DNA of 32,000 nt. Origin: Candidatus Saccharimonadota bacterium. GTDB taxonomy: Bacteria; Pseudomonadota; Alphaproteobacteria; Rickettsiales; Anaplasmataceae. Positions 1 through 10,630 of the stretch are shown one piece after another (within the stretch, counting starts at the first letter, position 1; each line of letters begins with the position of its first letter). Below the pieces are notes generated by a model. That model searched no databases. It worked only from the letters and a program-made list of their open reading frames with translations, and had not been told where the DNA came from. Location: assembly GCF_013365495.1 (NCBI RefSeq), contig NZ_CP046580.1, forward strand, positions 630,001 to 662,000, given 5' to 3'. The position numbers and the translations under genes are program-made.

Positions 1-141
1 AAAAGATTTATTTATGTAACTACGAATAGATAAATCTTGATGTAATTTTTCTTTATAATCTTTATTAGCATACCAAATTGAATCCCAAGTATTAGTATTT
101 ATCTTTAACCTCAATCCTATAGGATTAACCTTCTGACCCAT
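1..141 (-). CDS. rpsC: 30S ribosomal protein S3, N-terminal 47 codons only (gene runs off the left edge)
   Basis: Not in the ORF track because it is edge-truncated. The reverse complement of 1-141 starts ATG GGT CAG AAG GTT AAT CCT and reads [33 protein letters not shown], the canonical S3 N-terminus. It lies directly downstream of rplV, as in S10 operons. Confidence 0.85.
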   Translation of the reverse strand, partial: MGQKVNPIGLRLKINTNTWDSIWYANKDYKEKLHQDLSIRSYINKSF

Positions 142-171
142 ATTCTAACCTCACTATTTTATCCCTATAAA

Positions 172-534
172 TCATACAATTCCTTCTAATTTGATAGTTA
201 TACTACTATAACATTTATCAACTTTGCTAGCTCTACCCATAGCTTTTGGATATATCCTACGCAAAGTAAAAGATTTACCTATCAACACTTCCTTTATATA
301 TAGACCATCAACATCCAAACCATAATTATGCTGAGCATTAGCTACCGCAGCATTCAACACCTTTGCCATAAGACAAGCAGCTTTCTTTTCACAAAATTTC
401 AATTGCACAGTAGCAAAAGAAACTTTTTTATTACGTATTAAATCGGCAACTAAATTTAACTTACGAGGAGTTGATTTTAAAACTCTAGAACTAGCTTTAA
501 CAATCATACACTTTTTTTCTTCTTCCATACTCAT
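172..534 (-). CDS. rplV: 50S ribosomal protein L22
   Basis: 120-aa ORF between S19 and S3 in S10-operon order. L22-like sequence ([20 protein letters not shown]-type motif, [17 protein letters not shown]). ATG start at 534. Confidence 0.9.
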   Translation of the reverse strand: MSMEEEKKCMIVKASSRVLKSTPRKLNLVADLIRNKKVSFATVQLKFCEKKAACLMAKVLNAAVANAQHNYGLDVDGLYIKEVLIGKSFTLRRIYPKAMGRASKVDKCYSSITIKLEGIV

Positions 535-540
535 TGCTTA

Positions 541-825
541 TCACCTTCTTACTGCCTTTTTATCACCACTATGTCCATTAAACTTACGGGTAGGTGAAAA
601 TTCACCAAATTTACGACCTATCATATTTTGATCATTAACATTAACAGGAACATAATCTTTACCATTATAAACAGCAAACTTTAAACCTAAACAATTAGGA
701 AGAATGACAGACGCTCTAGAATGAATTTTTATCACTTTATTAAAAGCACCCTCTCTTAAAACTCTATTCACCAATTTCAGCACAGAAGGATGACAAAAAG
801 GTGATTTCCATGCAGACCTACTCAT
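541..825 (-). CDS. rpsS: 30S ribosomal protein S19
   Basis: 94 aa with [10 protein letters not shown]...[10 protein letters not shown]...[18 protein letters not shown], a textbook S19. Operon position is between L2 and L22. Confidence 0.95.
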   Translation of the reverse strand: MSRSAWKSPFCHPSVLKLVNRVLREGAFNKVIKIHSRASVILPNCLGLKFAVYNGKDYVPVNVNDQNMIGRKFGEFSPTRKFNGHSGDKKAVRR

Positions 826-828
826 AAA

Positions 829-1653
829 CTAACCCCTTAAACTTTTTATATGCTTGTCACTAAACTTATTTTTCTTTCGAGTTCTTTTTCCCTTTGTTGC
901 AACACCCCAAGGAGTAACAGGATGACGACCACCAGAAGTTTTTCCTTCTCCACCTCCATGAGGATGATCAACTGGATTCATAGCAACTCCACGAACAGTA
1001 GGCCTAATTCCCAACCACCTACTTCTTCCTGCTTTACCTAACTTTATATTTTTACGATTAGAATTAGACACTACACCAATAGTAGCTTTACAAGCAGATA
1101 AAATCAACCTAACTTGACCAGATCTTAATCGCAATAAAACATAATTACCATCATGACCAATAATTTGTGCATAACAACCAGCAGCCCGAGCAATTACAGC
1201 ACCATTACCTGGCTTCAATTCAACACCGTGTACAAAAGAACCAATAGGTATACACCTTAATGGCAAACAATTACCTGATAATATATCAACACTCTCACCT
1301 GACATTACAAAATCACCTGGCTTTATATTTTGTGGAGCCAATATATAAGATTTAGTATTATCACTCTTATACAATATTAATGCTAAAAAACCACTCCTAT
1401 TTGGATCATATTCTATTTTTTCAACTACACCTTGATCACCTCTATTACGTTTAAAATCTACAATTCTATACTTTTTTTTGTGCCCACCACCCCTATGATG
1501 AGTAGTAACTCTACCACAATTATTTCTCCCACCACTAGACTTCTTACCAAACGTAAGAGATTTTTCAGGTCTATTTTTTGATAACCCAGACTTACTTATC
1601 AACACAGTTCCACGGGAAGATGGAGTAACAGGGTTAAGAAACTTTATACCCAC
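829..1653 (-). CDS. rplB: 50S ribosomal protein L2
   Basis: 274 aa with the [19 protein letters not shown] and [26 protein letters not shown] motifs. Confidence 0.97.
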   Translation of the reverse strand: MGIKFLNPVTPSSRGTVLISKSGLSKNRPEKSLTFGKKSSGGRNNCGRVTTHHRGGGHKKKYRIVDFKRNRGDQGVVEKIEYDPNRSGFLALILYKSDNTKSYILAPQNIKPGDFVMSGESVDILSGNCLPLRCIPIGSFVHGVELKPGNGAVIARAAGCYAQIIGHDGNYVLLRLRSGQVRLILSACKATIGVVSNSNRKNIKLGKAGRSRWLGIRPTVRGVAMNPVDHPHGGGEGKTSGGRHPVTPWGVATKGKRTRKKNKFSDKHIKSLRG

Positions 1654-1654
1654 A

Positions 1655-1942
1655 TTAAATACCCATCATATTTAATTTTTGACCATTAATTAAAGAAAAA
1701 TAAACCTTCTTTTTCTGTTTTTCATAACCAGACACACCTTTAAAGCGTCTATACTTAGACCTAACCATGACAACATTTATAGAAGCAACCTTAACTCTAA
1801 ATAGAGATTCTATTGCTAATTTTATTCTAAATTTATTTATATTTACAAAAACATACAAAGAATATCTATTAAATTTTTCTTTTAAAAAAGAAGCCTTTTC
1901 TGTAATTACAGGAGACTTTATTATATTATTATACTCTATCAT
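1655..1942 (-). CDS. rplW: 50S ribosomal protein L23
   Basis: 95 aa with [11 protein letters not shown] near the N-terminus. Lies between L4 and L2 and overlaps the rplD stop by 4 nt. Confidence 0.85.
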   Translation of the reverse strand: MIEYNNIIKSPVITEKASFLKEKFNRYSLYVFVNINKFRIKLAIESLFRVKVASINVVMVRSKYRRFKGVSGYEKQKKKVYFSLINGQKLNMMGI

Positions 1943-2553
1943 AATAATCTACCTTCAAGATCCTTTAAAGCATCATTTGTCAACATTATACAGTCATGAT
2001 TCAGCACATCAAAAACATTTAACCCGACAGGTTTAATCAAATCTATATAGTATAAATTTCTAGTAGCCCGTAATAAACTATCTTCATAATTACCAACTAC
2101 TAAAAAAGAAGAAAATTTAAATTTTTTCATATATTCATGTACTTCAAATGTTTTCTTTATATTAATATCTAAGCTATCAAGAATAACTATCTGATTATTT
2201 AAATACTTAAGAGACAAAGCAATTTTTAAACCAAGTTCACGCACTTTTTTGTTAAGAGAATATGCATGACTCCTTACAACAGGACCAAAAACTATCTCTC
2301 CTCCTCTAAATTGAGGAGATCGTAAACTACCTTGTCTTGCCCTACCAGTACGCTTTTGCCTATAAGGCTTAGCTGTCGTACCAGAAATATCACTAATACC
2401 TTTTGTTTTATGAGTACCAGCTCTTTTTTTTGCTAATTGCCATATAACCACATCGTGTAAAATATTCAATTTTCGTTCAACAAAAAATATTAGAGGATTA
2501 AGCTGAATAACACTCATATCACCACTAGACAAATTAATAAATTTACATTTCAT
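1939..2553 (-). CDS. rplD: 50S ribosomal protein L4
   Basis: 204 aa with KPYRQKRTGRARQGSLRSPQFRGGEIVFGP, the L4 signature. Correct operon position. Confidence 0.9.
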   Translation of the reverse strand: MKCKFINLSSGDMSVIQLNPLIFFVERKLNILHDVVIWQLAKKRAGTHKTKGISDISGTTAKPYRQKRTGRARQGSLRSPQFRGGEIVFGPVVRSHAYSLNKKVRELGLKIALSLKYLNNQIVILDSLDINIKKTFEVHEYMKKFKFSSFLVVGNYEDSLLRATRNLYYIDLIKPVGLNVFDVLNHDCIMLTNDALKDLEGRLL

Positions 2554-2604
2554 AATTAACTTACAAAACTACTGTATCACATCACTTGCACTCAACAGCC
2601 AATA

Positions 2605-3285
2605 CTACTTAAGTAAAAAAGAAACATCCTTATGTAAAGGTTTTTTAACCGCATCCCTCACAAAAACATAAGAATTTCTAAACCCAGGAACATTATTACC
2701 TTTTATAGCAATAACACTATTTTTATAATCAATCAACAATACCTTCATATTCTGCACAGTTATTCTACTATTACCTAAATGACCAGCCATCTTTTTACCT
2801 TTAAACACTCTACCAGGATCTTGACATTGACCAGTAGAACCTTGAGACCTATGAGCAATAGAAACACCATGAGAAGCTCTAAGTCCACTAAAATTATACC
2901 TCTTTATTACGCCGGCAAACCCTTTACCCATCGAATAACCTGTAATATCTAGATATTGACCAATGACAAAATGACCAATATCTACTTTTTCACCACATCT
3001 TATTCCTGAGAGATTATTCAACCTACTTTCATATAGCCTACATCTACTTTTTATTCCCTTCTTTTTTAAAAATTCTAACTGAGGCTTTGAAATATTTTTA
3101 AAATCTCCAGTACCTAAAATAATTGAATTATACCCACATTTATCTCGCTCTTTTACATCAATAATATAGGTATCACCGAGATACAATAAAGTCACAGCTA
3201 CACGACTACTATCGGAATATATAGCAGTATGACCAACATTTTTCATTAATAAACCAATTCTTCTCAGCGAACTTATTCTCTTCAT
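2605..3285 (-). CDS. rplC: 50S ribosomal protein L3
   Basis: 226 aa with GKGFAGVIKRYNFSGLRASHGVSIAHRSQGSTGQCQDPGRVFKGKKMAGHLG, the L3 signature. Confidence 0.93.
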   Translation of the reverse strand: MKRISSLRRIGLLMKNVGHTAIYSDSSRVAVTLLYLGDTYIIDVKERDKCGYNSIILGTGDFKNISKPQLEFLKKKGIKSRCRLYESRLNNLSGIRCGEKVDIGHFVIGQYLDITGYSMGKGFAGVIKRYNFSGLRASHGVSIAHRSQGSTGQCQDPGRVFKGKKMAGHLGNSRITVQNMKVLLIDYKNSVIAIKGNNVPGFRNSYVFVRDAVKKPLHKDVSFLLK

Positions 3286-3638
3286 TCTTTATTCCTAAAC
3301 TTTATAACCTTCTTTATTTTCGAATCAACTTCTACTCCAGGCAGAGGAGAAAGAAAAGATGAATTTCCAAGCATTTGTACTATAGTAGGAGTAGGATTAT
3401 ATAGAACAATTAAACGTTTAGAAGTCCTTCGTTCAAGTTGCTCACGAGATTTTTTATCAACATGAGGAGATCTATTAACATTAAACTTAAAATTTTTCCT
3501 TGGCAAAGCAATTGGACCTGATAATCTTGTACCAGAATGTTTTAATTTATCCTTGAATTCACGCACAAATTTTCTAATATATTCCTCCAACCTTGAACAA
3601 TCAAAAGCTTCTATTTTAATATGTATCTCTTGCTCCAT
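3282..3638 (-). CDS. rpsJ: 30S ribosomal protein S10
   Basis: 118 aa with IKIEAFD...LSGPIALPRK...NRSPHVDKKSREQLERRT, the S10 pattern. It is the first gene of the S10 operon, 17 nt after the tuf stop. Confidence 0.93.
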   Translation of the reverse strand: MEQEIHIKIEAFDCSRLEEYIRKFVREFKDKLKHSGTRLSGPIALPRKNFKFNVNRSPHVDKKSREQLERRTSKRLIVLYNPTPTIVQMLGNSSFLSPLPGVEVDSKIKKVIKFRNKE

Positions 3639-3655
3639 CTAGTTTCATACCCCAA

Positions 3656-4828
3656 CTACTCCAAAATTTCAGAAACAATACCAGAACCAACAGTTTTACC
3701 ACCTTCTCTTATTGCAAAACGTAACCCCTTATCTATTGCTACTGGTGCCTGTAATTCTACTTCTATACTTACATTATCTCCTGGCATTACCATTTCTTTC
3801 CCTTTTAGCAATTTTATGTTTCCTGTCACATCTGTAGTTCTTATATAAAATTGTGGTTGATAATTTTCAAAAAATGGTGTATGTCTTCCTCCTTCCTCCT
3901 TTTTTAATACATATATCTCGGCCTTAAATTTTTTATGTGGTGTTATTACATTTGGCTTTGCTAATACTTGCCCTCTCTCTACCTCCTCTCTTTTTATTCC
4001 TCTTACCAATATTCCTACATTTAATCCAGCACATCCTTTATCAAGACATTTTTTAAACATTTCTATTCCTGTACATATTGTCTTTCGTGTCGCCTTCAAA
4101 CCTACTATCTCTATCTCTTCGCCTATTTTTATTTCTCCTTTTTCTATTCTTCCAGTAACCACCGTTCCACGCCCAGGTATTGAAAATACATCCTCAATCG
4201 GCATTAGAAATGGCAAATCCACAGGCCTTGGTGGAATTGCTACATATTCGTCTAATTTTTCCATTAACTTTTCTATTGATTTTTTCCCATATTCATTATC
4301 TTTATCTTCTAATGCTTTCAATGCAGATCCAATAACCATGGGAACTTCATCACCTGGAAACTCATATTTATTTAGTAATTCCCTAATTTCCATTTCTACT
4401 AAGCCAATCATATCGTAATCAGCAACATCAGCCTTATTTATATATACAATGATATACTTAACATCAACTTGCTTTGCAAGTAATATATGTTCTCTTGTTT
4501 GCGGCATTGGTCCATCAACTCCAGACACTACTAATATTGCTGCATCCATCTGTGCTGCACCTACTATCATATTTTTTACATAATCAGCATGCCCAGGACA
4601 GTCAACATGTGCATAATGTCTCTTATCTGTTTCATATTCTACGTGTGCTGTTGCTATTGTTATTCCCCTTTTTCTTTCTTCAGGTGCTTTGTCTATTTGA
4701 TCATATGCTACAAAACGCCCATAATACTTAGTTATTGCTGCTGTTAATGTAGTCTTTCCATGATCTACATGTCCTATTGTTCCTACATTTACATGTGGCT
4801 TACCAAATGCTTCTACTATCTGCGTCAT
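3656..4828 (-). CDS. tuf: Elongation factor Tu
   Basis: 390 aa with [37 protein letters not shown] and NKADV, the G1-G4 GTPase motifs of EF-Tu. ATG start at 4828. Confidence 0.98.
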   Translation of the reverse strand: MTQIVEAFGKPHVNVGTIGHVDHGKTTLTAAITKYYGRFVAYDQIDKAPEERKRGITIATAHVEYETDKRHYAHVDCPGHADYVKNMIVGAAQMDAAILVVSGVDGPMPQTREHILLAKQVDVKYIIVYINKADVADYDMIGLVEMEIRELLNKYEFPGDEVPMVIGSALKALEDKDNEYGKKSIEKLMEKLDEYVAIPPRPVDLPFLMPIEDVFSIPGRGTVVTGRIEKGEIKIGEEIEIVGLKATRKTICTGIEMFKKCLDKGCAGLNVGILVRGIKREEVERGQVLAKPNVITPHKKFKAEIYVLKKEEGGRHTPFFENYQPQFYIRTTDVTGNIKLLKGKEMVMPGDNVSIEVELQAPVAIDKGLRFAIREGGKTVGSGIVSEILE

Positions 4829-4906
4829 AATTTAAAGTTTTCACCAAAAAAAATACAAATACATCATAGTAATATATTAATTTTATAAAAATACAATAAA
4901 AAAAAG

Positions 4907-4978
4907 AGCGGATAGTGGGATTTGAACCCACTCTGCTAGCTTGGAAGGCTAGAGCTCTACCAATTAAGCTATACCCGC
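4907..4978 (-). tRNA. tRNA-Gly (anticodon UCC)
   Basis: The reverse complement GCGGGTATAGCTTAATTGGTAGAGCTCTAGCCTTCCAAGCTAGCAGAGTGGGTTCAAATCCCACTATCCGCT folds by hand into a 72-nt cloverleaf. It has a 7-bp acceptor stem, anticodon arm CTAGC/CTTCCAA/GCTAG and T arm GTGGG/TTCAAAT/CCCAC. No CCA is encoded. Confidence 0.9.
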
Positions 4979-4990
4979 ATATTATTAACA

Positions 4991-5073
4991 TGGAGGAGGT
5001 AGGATTCGAACCTACGTACGCTTCCACGGACAGATTTACAGTCTGTTACCTTTAACCACTCGGTCACTCCTCC
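4991..5073 (-). tRNA. tRNA-Tyr (anticodon GUA), class II with long variable arm
   Basis: The reverse complement GGAGGAGTGACCGAGTGGTTAAAGGTAACAGACTGTAAATCTGTCCGTGGAAGCGTACGTAGGTTCGAATCCTACCTCCTCCA parallels E. coli tRNA-Tyr arm for arm. The anticodon loop is CTGTAAA. Confidence 0.9.
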
Positions 5074-5190
5074 CACCAACAAAATTCATTAAAAAAATAT
5101 TAGGTAGTATTTTAACTTAATTTTTATATTAAATTTAATAATAAATTCCTAAAACAAAAAAATCAACAATAAAACTTTGAACAACATTAA

Positions 5191-5862
5191 CTATGCAGAT
5201 TTTATTTTATATAATTTAATATTATTAATAAAATATTTAAACAAATAATGTGAATCATGTGTACCTGGAGCTCCTTCAGGATGATATTGCACAGAAAAAA
5301 CAGGATAATTCTTCACCACTATTCCTTCTATACTATTATCAAATAAAGAAACATGAGTAATTTTTATATTTCTTGGTAAGAAAAATGGATCGACAACAAA
5401 TCCATGATTTTGACTAGTAATCTCAACTTTTTTGCTACTCACATTATAAACTGGATGATTACTTCCTCGGTGACCAACATTCATCTTAGTAGTCTTTGCC
5501 CCTAAAGCAATTGCAAGTAATTGATGACCCATACATATTCCAAAAATTGGTATTTTAGACTTTATAATAACATTTATTTCTGAAATTAAGTTCTCTCCTA
5601 TCTTTTGTGGATCACCAGGACCATTTGAAAATACTATCCCATCTGGACACATATTTAATATCTTTTGAGAAAAACCCCTATCTGGTTTAATTAATTCAAC
5701 TGTGCAGCCAAGTTTTACCAAGCGTGAAGTGATACTAAATTTTACACCAAAATCAACTATTATAACTTTATATTTTTCAATATTTTGAACTTCAACGTCA
5801 TCTACTTGAATTACAGAAGACACATTATTATGTAAACTACTGACTGCATCAATTATTTCCAT
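5191..5862 (-). CDS. carA: Carbamoyl-phosphate synthase small subunit, C-terminal glutamine amidotransferase half (split carA)
   Basis: 223 aa with the class-I GATase motifs SNGPGDP, GICMGHQLL (nucleophile Cys) and QYHPEGAPG (His/Glu). It corresponds to residues from about 190 onward of a normal ~380-aa CarA. Its ATG overlaps the stop of the N-terminal half. Confidence 0.8.
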   Translation of the reverse strand: MEIIDAVSSLHNNVSSVIQVDDVEVQNIEKYKVIIVDFGVKFSITSRLVKLGCTVELIKPDRGFSQKILNMCPDGIVFSNGPGDPQKIGENLISEINVIIKSKIPIFGICMGHQLLAIALGAKTTKMNVGHRGSNHPVYNVSSKKVEITSQNHGFVVDPFFLPRNIKITHVSLFDNSIEGIVVKNYPVFSVQYHPEGAPGTHDSHYLFKYFINNIKLYKIKSA

Positions 5863-6365
5863 TCCATTTGGAGATTCATATTTACCAATTCATTCAATAA
5901 ATTTTCTACTATTTCTTGAACAGTCTGATCATTACAAATCCATGGATTAAGTTCTAAAGGATAAATCAATGAACATATCATTCCATTTTGATACCCATGT
6001 TTTCTTAAGTGTCTAGTCAAAGCTCTAGTATCAACTCCTGATATTCCAACAACATTATTTCTCTTTAACCAATCATTTAAATTAATATATGAAGAAGGAT
6101 GAGATGCAGGAGAAAGTTCACGCATAATTACACCACTTGCAAAAATCCTCTCTCCTTCATTATCTTTACTATTTATTCCAATATTACCAATATGAGGAAA
6201 AGTAAACATTATAATTTGATCAGTAAAAGAAGGGTCAGTTATAATGTGCTGGTAACCAGTAGCACCAGTAGTAAAGCAAACCTCGCCTATACTCTTACCC
6301 CTTTTACCTATTGATTTTCCTAAAAAACATTTACCACTTTGTAAAATTAAAATTGCGTCCTGCAC
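5853..6365 (-). CDS. carA: Carbamoyl-phosphate synthase small subunit, N-terminal CarB-interaction half (split carA)
   Basis: 170 aa, GTG start. AILILQSGKCFLGKSIG...GEVCFTTGATGYQHIITDPSFTDQIIMFTFPHIGNIG...GVDTRALTRHLR matches the CPSase small-chain N-domain. It ends in the interdomain linker. Confidence 0.8.
   Translation of the reverse strand: MQDAILILQSGKCFLGKSIGKRGKSIGEVCFTTGATGYQHIITDPSFTDQIIMFTFPHIGNIGINSKDNEGERIFASGVIMRELSPASHPSSYINLNDWLKRNNVVGISGVDTRALTRHLRKHGYQNGMICSLIYPLELNPWICNDQTVQEIVENLLNELVNMNLQMEWK
5858..5867. repeat. 5-bp tandem duplication TCCAT|TCCAT (ATGGA|ATGGA on the coding strand) at the carA frame break
   Basis: Read directly: + strand ...aattatt TCCAT TCCAT ttggag... 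Deleting one copy joins the two carA ORFs in frame. Confidence 0.9.
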
Positions 6366-6933
6366 TAATTTTTCATAATTGGTTTAAAGATAGTATATAA
6401 GAATTTTAAACAACACAATAGAAAAAAACTCTTTACTAAAATCTTTCATTATAAAACATTTAATTAATGAAAATTAGCTATAATTTCAATCAATACTAAT
6501 GTTAATATGAAGTCACCTTTAAGCTAGATATTAAATATTTTAATACATGAATAACAGATCAAAACCAAACAAACACAAAAAACATTAAGAAAATTACAAA
6601 CCCTACTTTTTTATAACATACACCTTTAAGCAAATTATTATTACTCATTAAATATAGTGTGAACTGGCAATTTGTAACAATAGGTAAGGGCAATAATTAC
6701 TTTTTACTTTCTACAAATTCTAAGAGAAAAAAAATAGACAAAAGCAAATGCAATAAACTAAATAAAACAACCAATGTATAACTAATTTTCGTTAGAAAAT
6801 TAAACTTAATTTCACTGTAAAACTTCCCATAATCCATTTGAAAGTCTACTTTCATATATTAATTAAGTAAGATTATTAATAATTATCTCTACTCCTTTTT
6901 TACTAACATAAATTAACTATACAGCAATTTAGT

Positions 6934-7848
6934 TTACTCTATAATCTTTTTCACTATGCTTGATCTCAAACCACGGATAAAATCCGTAACTCTACAAGGG
7001 GTTCTTCCCTCTATTTGAATCATTTTAGGAATTAAAATTCCACCTTTCAAGCTTATATGCATATTATCATTAATAATTTCACCTTGTGCTAAAGGCAAAG
7101 AAAGATTAATTTCAAAATCAGCATCTAGTACTCTAAGGCGTTTATTTTCTATCTTAATAAACGCCTTAGGGTAAAACGCTTTAACTTTTCTATAGGCAAC
7201 TTCACAAGTATCATTTGCATATATTTTATAGTCTTTTACTTTACTAGCGTAGCATACATTATCACCCTCCTGTTCTAAAGGAACCTGTTGTTGTTTTTCG
7301 ACTTCATTCAATATTTCCATCAACAAGTTACTGCCTAACATAGACAACTTATCATGCAATGTCTTGTAATTATCACTTTTTTTAATTACAAATCTTTTCT
7401 GCTTTAAAATAGGACCAGAATCTAACCTTTCATTCAATCTAATAATGCTAACCCCAGTTTCTTGGTCTCCTGCTAAAATTGTATGTTGTATAGGAGCTGC
7501 ACCACGCCATCTAGGCAGTAGTGAAGGATGAATATTAATACAACCATGTTTTGGAATATCTAAAACTTCTTTTGGAAGCATCAATCCATATGAAACAACA
7601 ACTGTAATATCTGGTTTAAAGTTTCTAAATCTTTCTTGTTCTATCAAAGATCTTAGAGAAGTAGGAGTGCATACTTTTATATCATGTTTTTCAGCAATAG
7701 CATGAACAGGAGATTTTGTTAATCTCTGTCCACGTCCTGAAGGTTTGGGAGCCTTGGTATATACTGCTATTATGTCATTTCTGGATTTGAATAGCAAATT
7801 TAGTGTACCAACAGCAAATTCAGATGAACCCATGAAAATCACTCTCAT
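6934..7848 (-). CDS. fmt: Methionyl-tRNA formyltransferase
   Basis: 304 aa with [27 protein letters not shown] and [18 protein letters not shown], the formyltransferase signature. Confidence 0.93.
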   Translation of the reverse strand: MRVIFMGSSEFAVGTLNLLFKSRNDIIAVYTKAPKPSGRGQRLTKSPVHAIAEKHDIKVCTPTSLRSLIEQERFRNFKPDITVVVSYGLMLPKEVLDIPKHGCINIHPSLLPRWRGAAPIQHTILAGDQETGVSIIRLNERLDSGPILKQKRFVIKKSDNYKTLHDKLSMLGSNLLMEILNEVEKQQQVPLEQEGDNVCYASKVKDYKIYANDTCEVAYRKVKAFYPKAFIKIENKRLRVLDADFEINLSLPLAQGEIINDNMHISLKGGILIPKMIQIEGRTPCRVTDFIRGLRSSIVKKIIE

Positions 7849-7863
7849 GTTACATTCTAAAAA

Positions 7864-8229
7864 TTAAGAATTTTTTACTAACTTAGTGTTAACAATTTCT
7901 ACTAATTTTGAAAAATCATTTTGATAATTAACAGCCATTTCAGCAAGAATTTTTCTATTTAAGTGAATTCCAGCAAGCATAAGCCCATGTATAAATCTAC
8001 CATAGGTAAGCCCATACTTTCTTACTGCTGCGTTAATACGTATTATCCATAAATTACGAAAATCACGCTTGCGATTTCTTCTGTCCCTATAAGAATACTG
8101 TAATGCTTTTTCAACTCTTTGAAGTGCAACTCTATAACAATTTTTTGCACGGCCCCTGTAACCCTTAGCTAACTTTAATATTTTTTTATGACGTGCATGA
8201 GTAGTAACTCCACGTTTTACTCGAGCCAT
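7864..8229 (-). CDS. rplT: 50S ribosomal protein L20
   Basis: 121 aa with [35 protein letters not shown]... Confidence 0.95.
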   Translation of the reverse strand: MARVKRGVTTHARHKKILKLAKGYRGRAKNCYRVALQRVEKALQYSYRDRRNRKRDFRNLWIIRINAAVRKYGLTYGRFIHGLMLAGIHLNRKILAEMAVNYQNDFSKLVEIVNTKLVKNS

Positions 8230-8235
8230 TTGCTT

Positions 8236-8457
8236 TTACCTCCATTTTTTTTTAATGCCATAAGGTATATAAAGTTTAACTATACGCGAGTCAGACTTAC
8301 CAAGAATAATCGTACCGCGCTGATTACGAATATTAAATTTGCTCCTTTTAATCATACCATGTCTTTTGCCAGATTGAGTAGAAATAACCTTACCTTTAGC
8401 TGTAAGATTAAAACGCTTTTTAACAGAAGATTTAGTTTTTAATTTCATTTTCTTCAT
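8236..8457 (-). CDS. rpmI: 50S ribosomal protein L35
   Basis: 73 aa with [21 protein letters not shown]...[10 protein letters not shown], immediately upstream of rplT. The start could be the second ATG at 8448. Confidence 0.9.
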   Translation of the reverse strand: MKKMKLKTKSSVKKRFNLTAKGKVISTQSGKRHGMIKRSKFNIRNQRGTIILGKSDSRIVKLYIPYGIKKKWR

Positions 8458-8973
8458 GTAAATTCACGAATACTTTAATAGTCAAATTTTTTTAAACAGA
8501 AACTAGCTAATATTATATAAATAACTTTATTAAAAATACAATAAATATTAGCTTACAAAATTTACACTAATATAATATATCACTTAAAGCTACATTACAA
8601 ACAAAATTACATATTCAAAGACACCTTTTTTTCACACATTTAGTATATTACCAGGCTTTTTCTTCTTTTTTTCAAGAATTTTCCCAAAAAAATATTATCT
8701 TATTTTTTATTAGCTTACCTCTATTTTAGTATATAGCCTATGATTACAGCAAAGTACTCTTTAGATTTACAAAAATCTGATTCTTTAAATTTACTGCCCG
8801 CACAGCAAGTAAATAGCAACAAAATACTTTATATTTGACTTACTCATTAATGTACAAAACAGTTAATATTATGATATGTCATAAGTTATAAATACATCAA
8901 TTTTCACAATAAAACATACTAGCATAAAATACTAATAAAAACTTTTTTTCTTTTTAAATTTAATTAAAGAGGC

Positions 8974-9348
8974 TTATTCTAGATTTTCATTAAAATAAGC
9001 AGTTTTATCACTTCTTTTCTTATACTCTTCTGCAGTACTCAAGGGTTGCTTTTTAGCTGTAATATTTGGCCATCTCCGTGAATATTCTAAATTTATATCA
9101 TAAAATAACTTAATTTTTTTTTGTTCATTGCTTAACAAGCTTTCATCTAATCCCAAAATATCTCTTATAGAATCATCAGTGACAATTGCATCTACTGGAC
9201 ACTCAGATATACATACTCCACAATCAATACATTCATCAGGATTAATCACAAGCATATTTTTACCTTCATAAAAGCAGTCAACAGGACATACTTCTACACA
9301 ATCTGTATACTTACACTTTATACACCTATCCGTAACAAAATGTGTCAT
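8974..9348 (-). CDS. fdxA: Ferredoxin, 7Fe ([3Fe-4S][4Fe-4S]) FdxA type
   Basis: [29 protein letters not shown]...[18 protein letters not shown] matches FdxA-type cluster-binding motifs. I prefer the ATG at 9348 over the TTG at 9357 used by the ORF track, because FdxA proteins begin MT(Y/H)VVTD. Confidence 0.9.
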   Translation of the reverse strand: MTHFVTDRCIKCKYTDCVEVCPVDCFYEGKNMLVINPDECIDCGVCISECPVDAIVTDDSIRDILGLDESLLSNEQKKIKLFYDINLEYSRRWPNITAKKQPLSTAEEYKKRSDKTAYFNENLE

Positions 9349-9971
9349 GAAAAGCAACGTATAAACTACATATTTTTAATACAGCAAATCAGTACAAAAT
9401 TCAAGTCTTTCTTGTTACTATTTAAAGTTCAATATAAACAAATATCTGCTTACCTCTAAGTAACTAAAAGAAAATTTCATTGTAAAAATAAATAAGTCAA
9501 ATTTAATAAAAAAACAAAAACTTGGCTAAACCTTTCATAGCTAAAAACTCACCGTACACTAATAGTATATAAATCATTAACAAGAAAAAATATCAAATAC
9601 CAAATAAGATTATACAAAAACAATATATGCATTCAAAATACGTCTAAATATAATTAGAACCTAAGTAATAAGTAATACCTGCAAAAATTTAAAATTACCC
9701 TGCTTTAATTAAAATAACCAATATAATAACTATACTCAATATAGAATATTAGACATAAAAATTATAACACTCAGTGATTTCACTTTTCAATATGAACGTT
9801 ACAAGAAATCTTATAAGCGCTGAGTGTTTGGTAATTGATTTAAACAAATTTAATTTTAGTATGATTTCTAAATTCGTAAAATATAGAAACTATAAGTATA
9901 CAATAAATATACAAAATATTAGTATGACTGATACAAAAAAACAATTAATACCACTTTTTCTGAAAGAAAAA

Positions 9972-9998
9972 TTCTGATCTATGCTTCTGATCTATGCT
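9972..9998. repeat. Perfect 13-bp tandem duplication (TTCTGATCTATGC x2, plus 1 nt) in a 1.27-kb spacer
   Basis: Read directly: a TTCTGATCTATGC TTCTGATCTATGC t aaag. Confidence 0.95.
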
Positions 9999-10630
9999 AA
10001 AGAATTATTAAAATAATAAACATAATTATCACCAAGCTTCATAAATTACTACTAAACTGAATCCCAGTATTCTCCTTTTCACAAATTAAAGAATCAAAAT
10101 ACATTTTAACTATCGCCGACATTGTAATAATGAAAATGCTAAAAATCTTAAAATTTTCATAAAGATAGATTTTACTTCAGATTAATAATGTAAAGACAGA
10201 AAATTTTGCTTTTCTTCAAGCTATACTCTATATGATAACAATATTAGATTAAAAATCTCTGCTTTTAAAAAACCATTAGTTCATTAAATGATTTGATCTT
10301 AATTATCAACTAATTGAAAGAGTATTAGTTCAGTTTATCTCCTCGACAAAGGAAAAGTAACCTTATTAATATCAAATGCTAAATACTATTTTTTAACAAA
10401 AAAAAAAGTATAAAATTATAATCAATTCATTAAGAAGCTTATTAAGCAGCTCTGTATCCATCTATTCAGATTAAGTACCCTTAAATATCCTTATATATTT
10501 AAGTAAGGCAAGCAGCATTTTCATAAATTGAGTCTATTTAAATTAAGTAATTTAAAGTTGAAGAATAGAATAAAACAATTGCTAGACTAAAAATCAAAGA
10601 AAGCATCAACATTTTCAAAATTATTTTGAA

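Noticed and set aside
4800-5027. 75-aa minus-strand ORF upstream of tuf.
   Set aside because: It is made almost entirely of the tRNA-Gly and tRNA-Tyr genes read as codons, so it is an artefact.
9774-9977. 67-aa plus-strand ORF (GTG start) in the 1.27-kb spacer.
   Set aside because: It has no RBS, a composition indistinguishable from the surrounding spacer, and no motif. Its stop is created by the 13-bp tandem repeat. I cannot support it as a gene.
10614-10630. Hairpin TTCAAAA-tta-TTTTGAA abutting the stop codon of the Fe-ADH-like gene, as a possible terminator.
   Set aside because: The stem is almost all A-U and no U-run follows on the transcribed strand, so it is not a credible intrinsic terminator.
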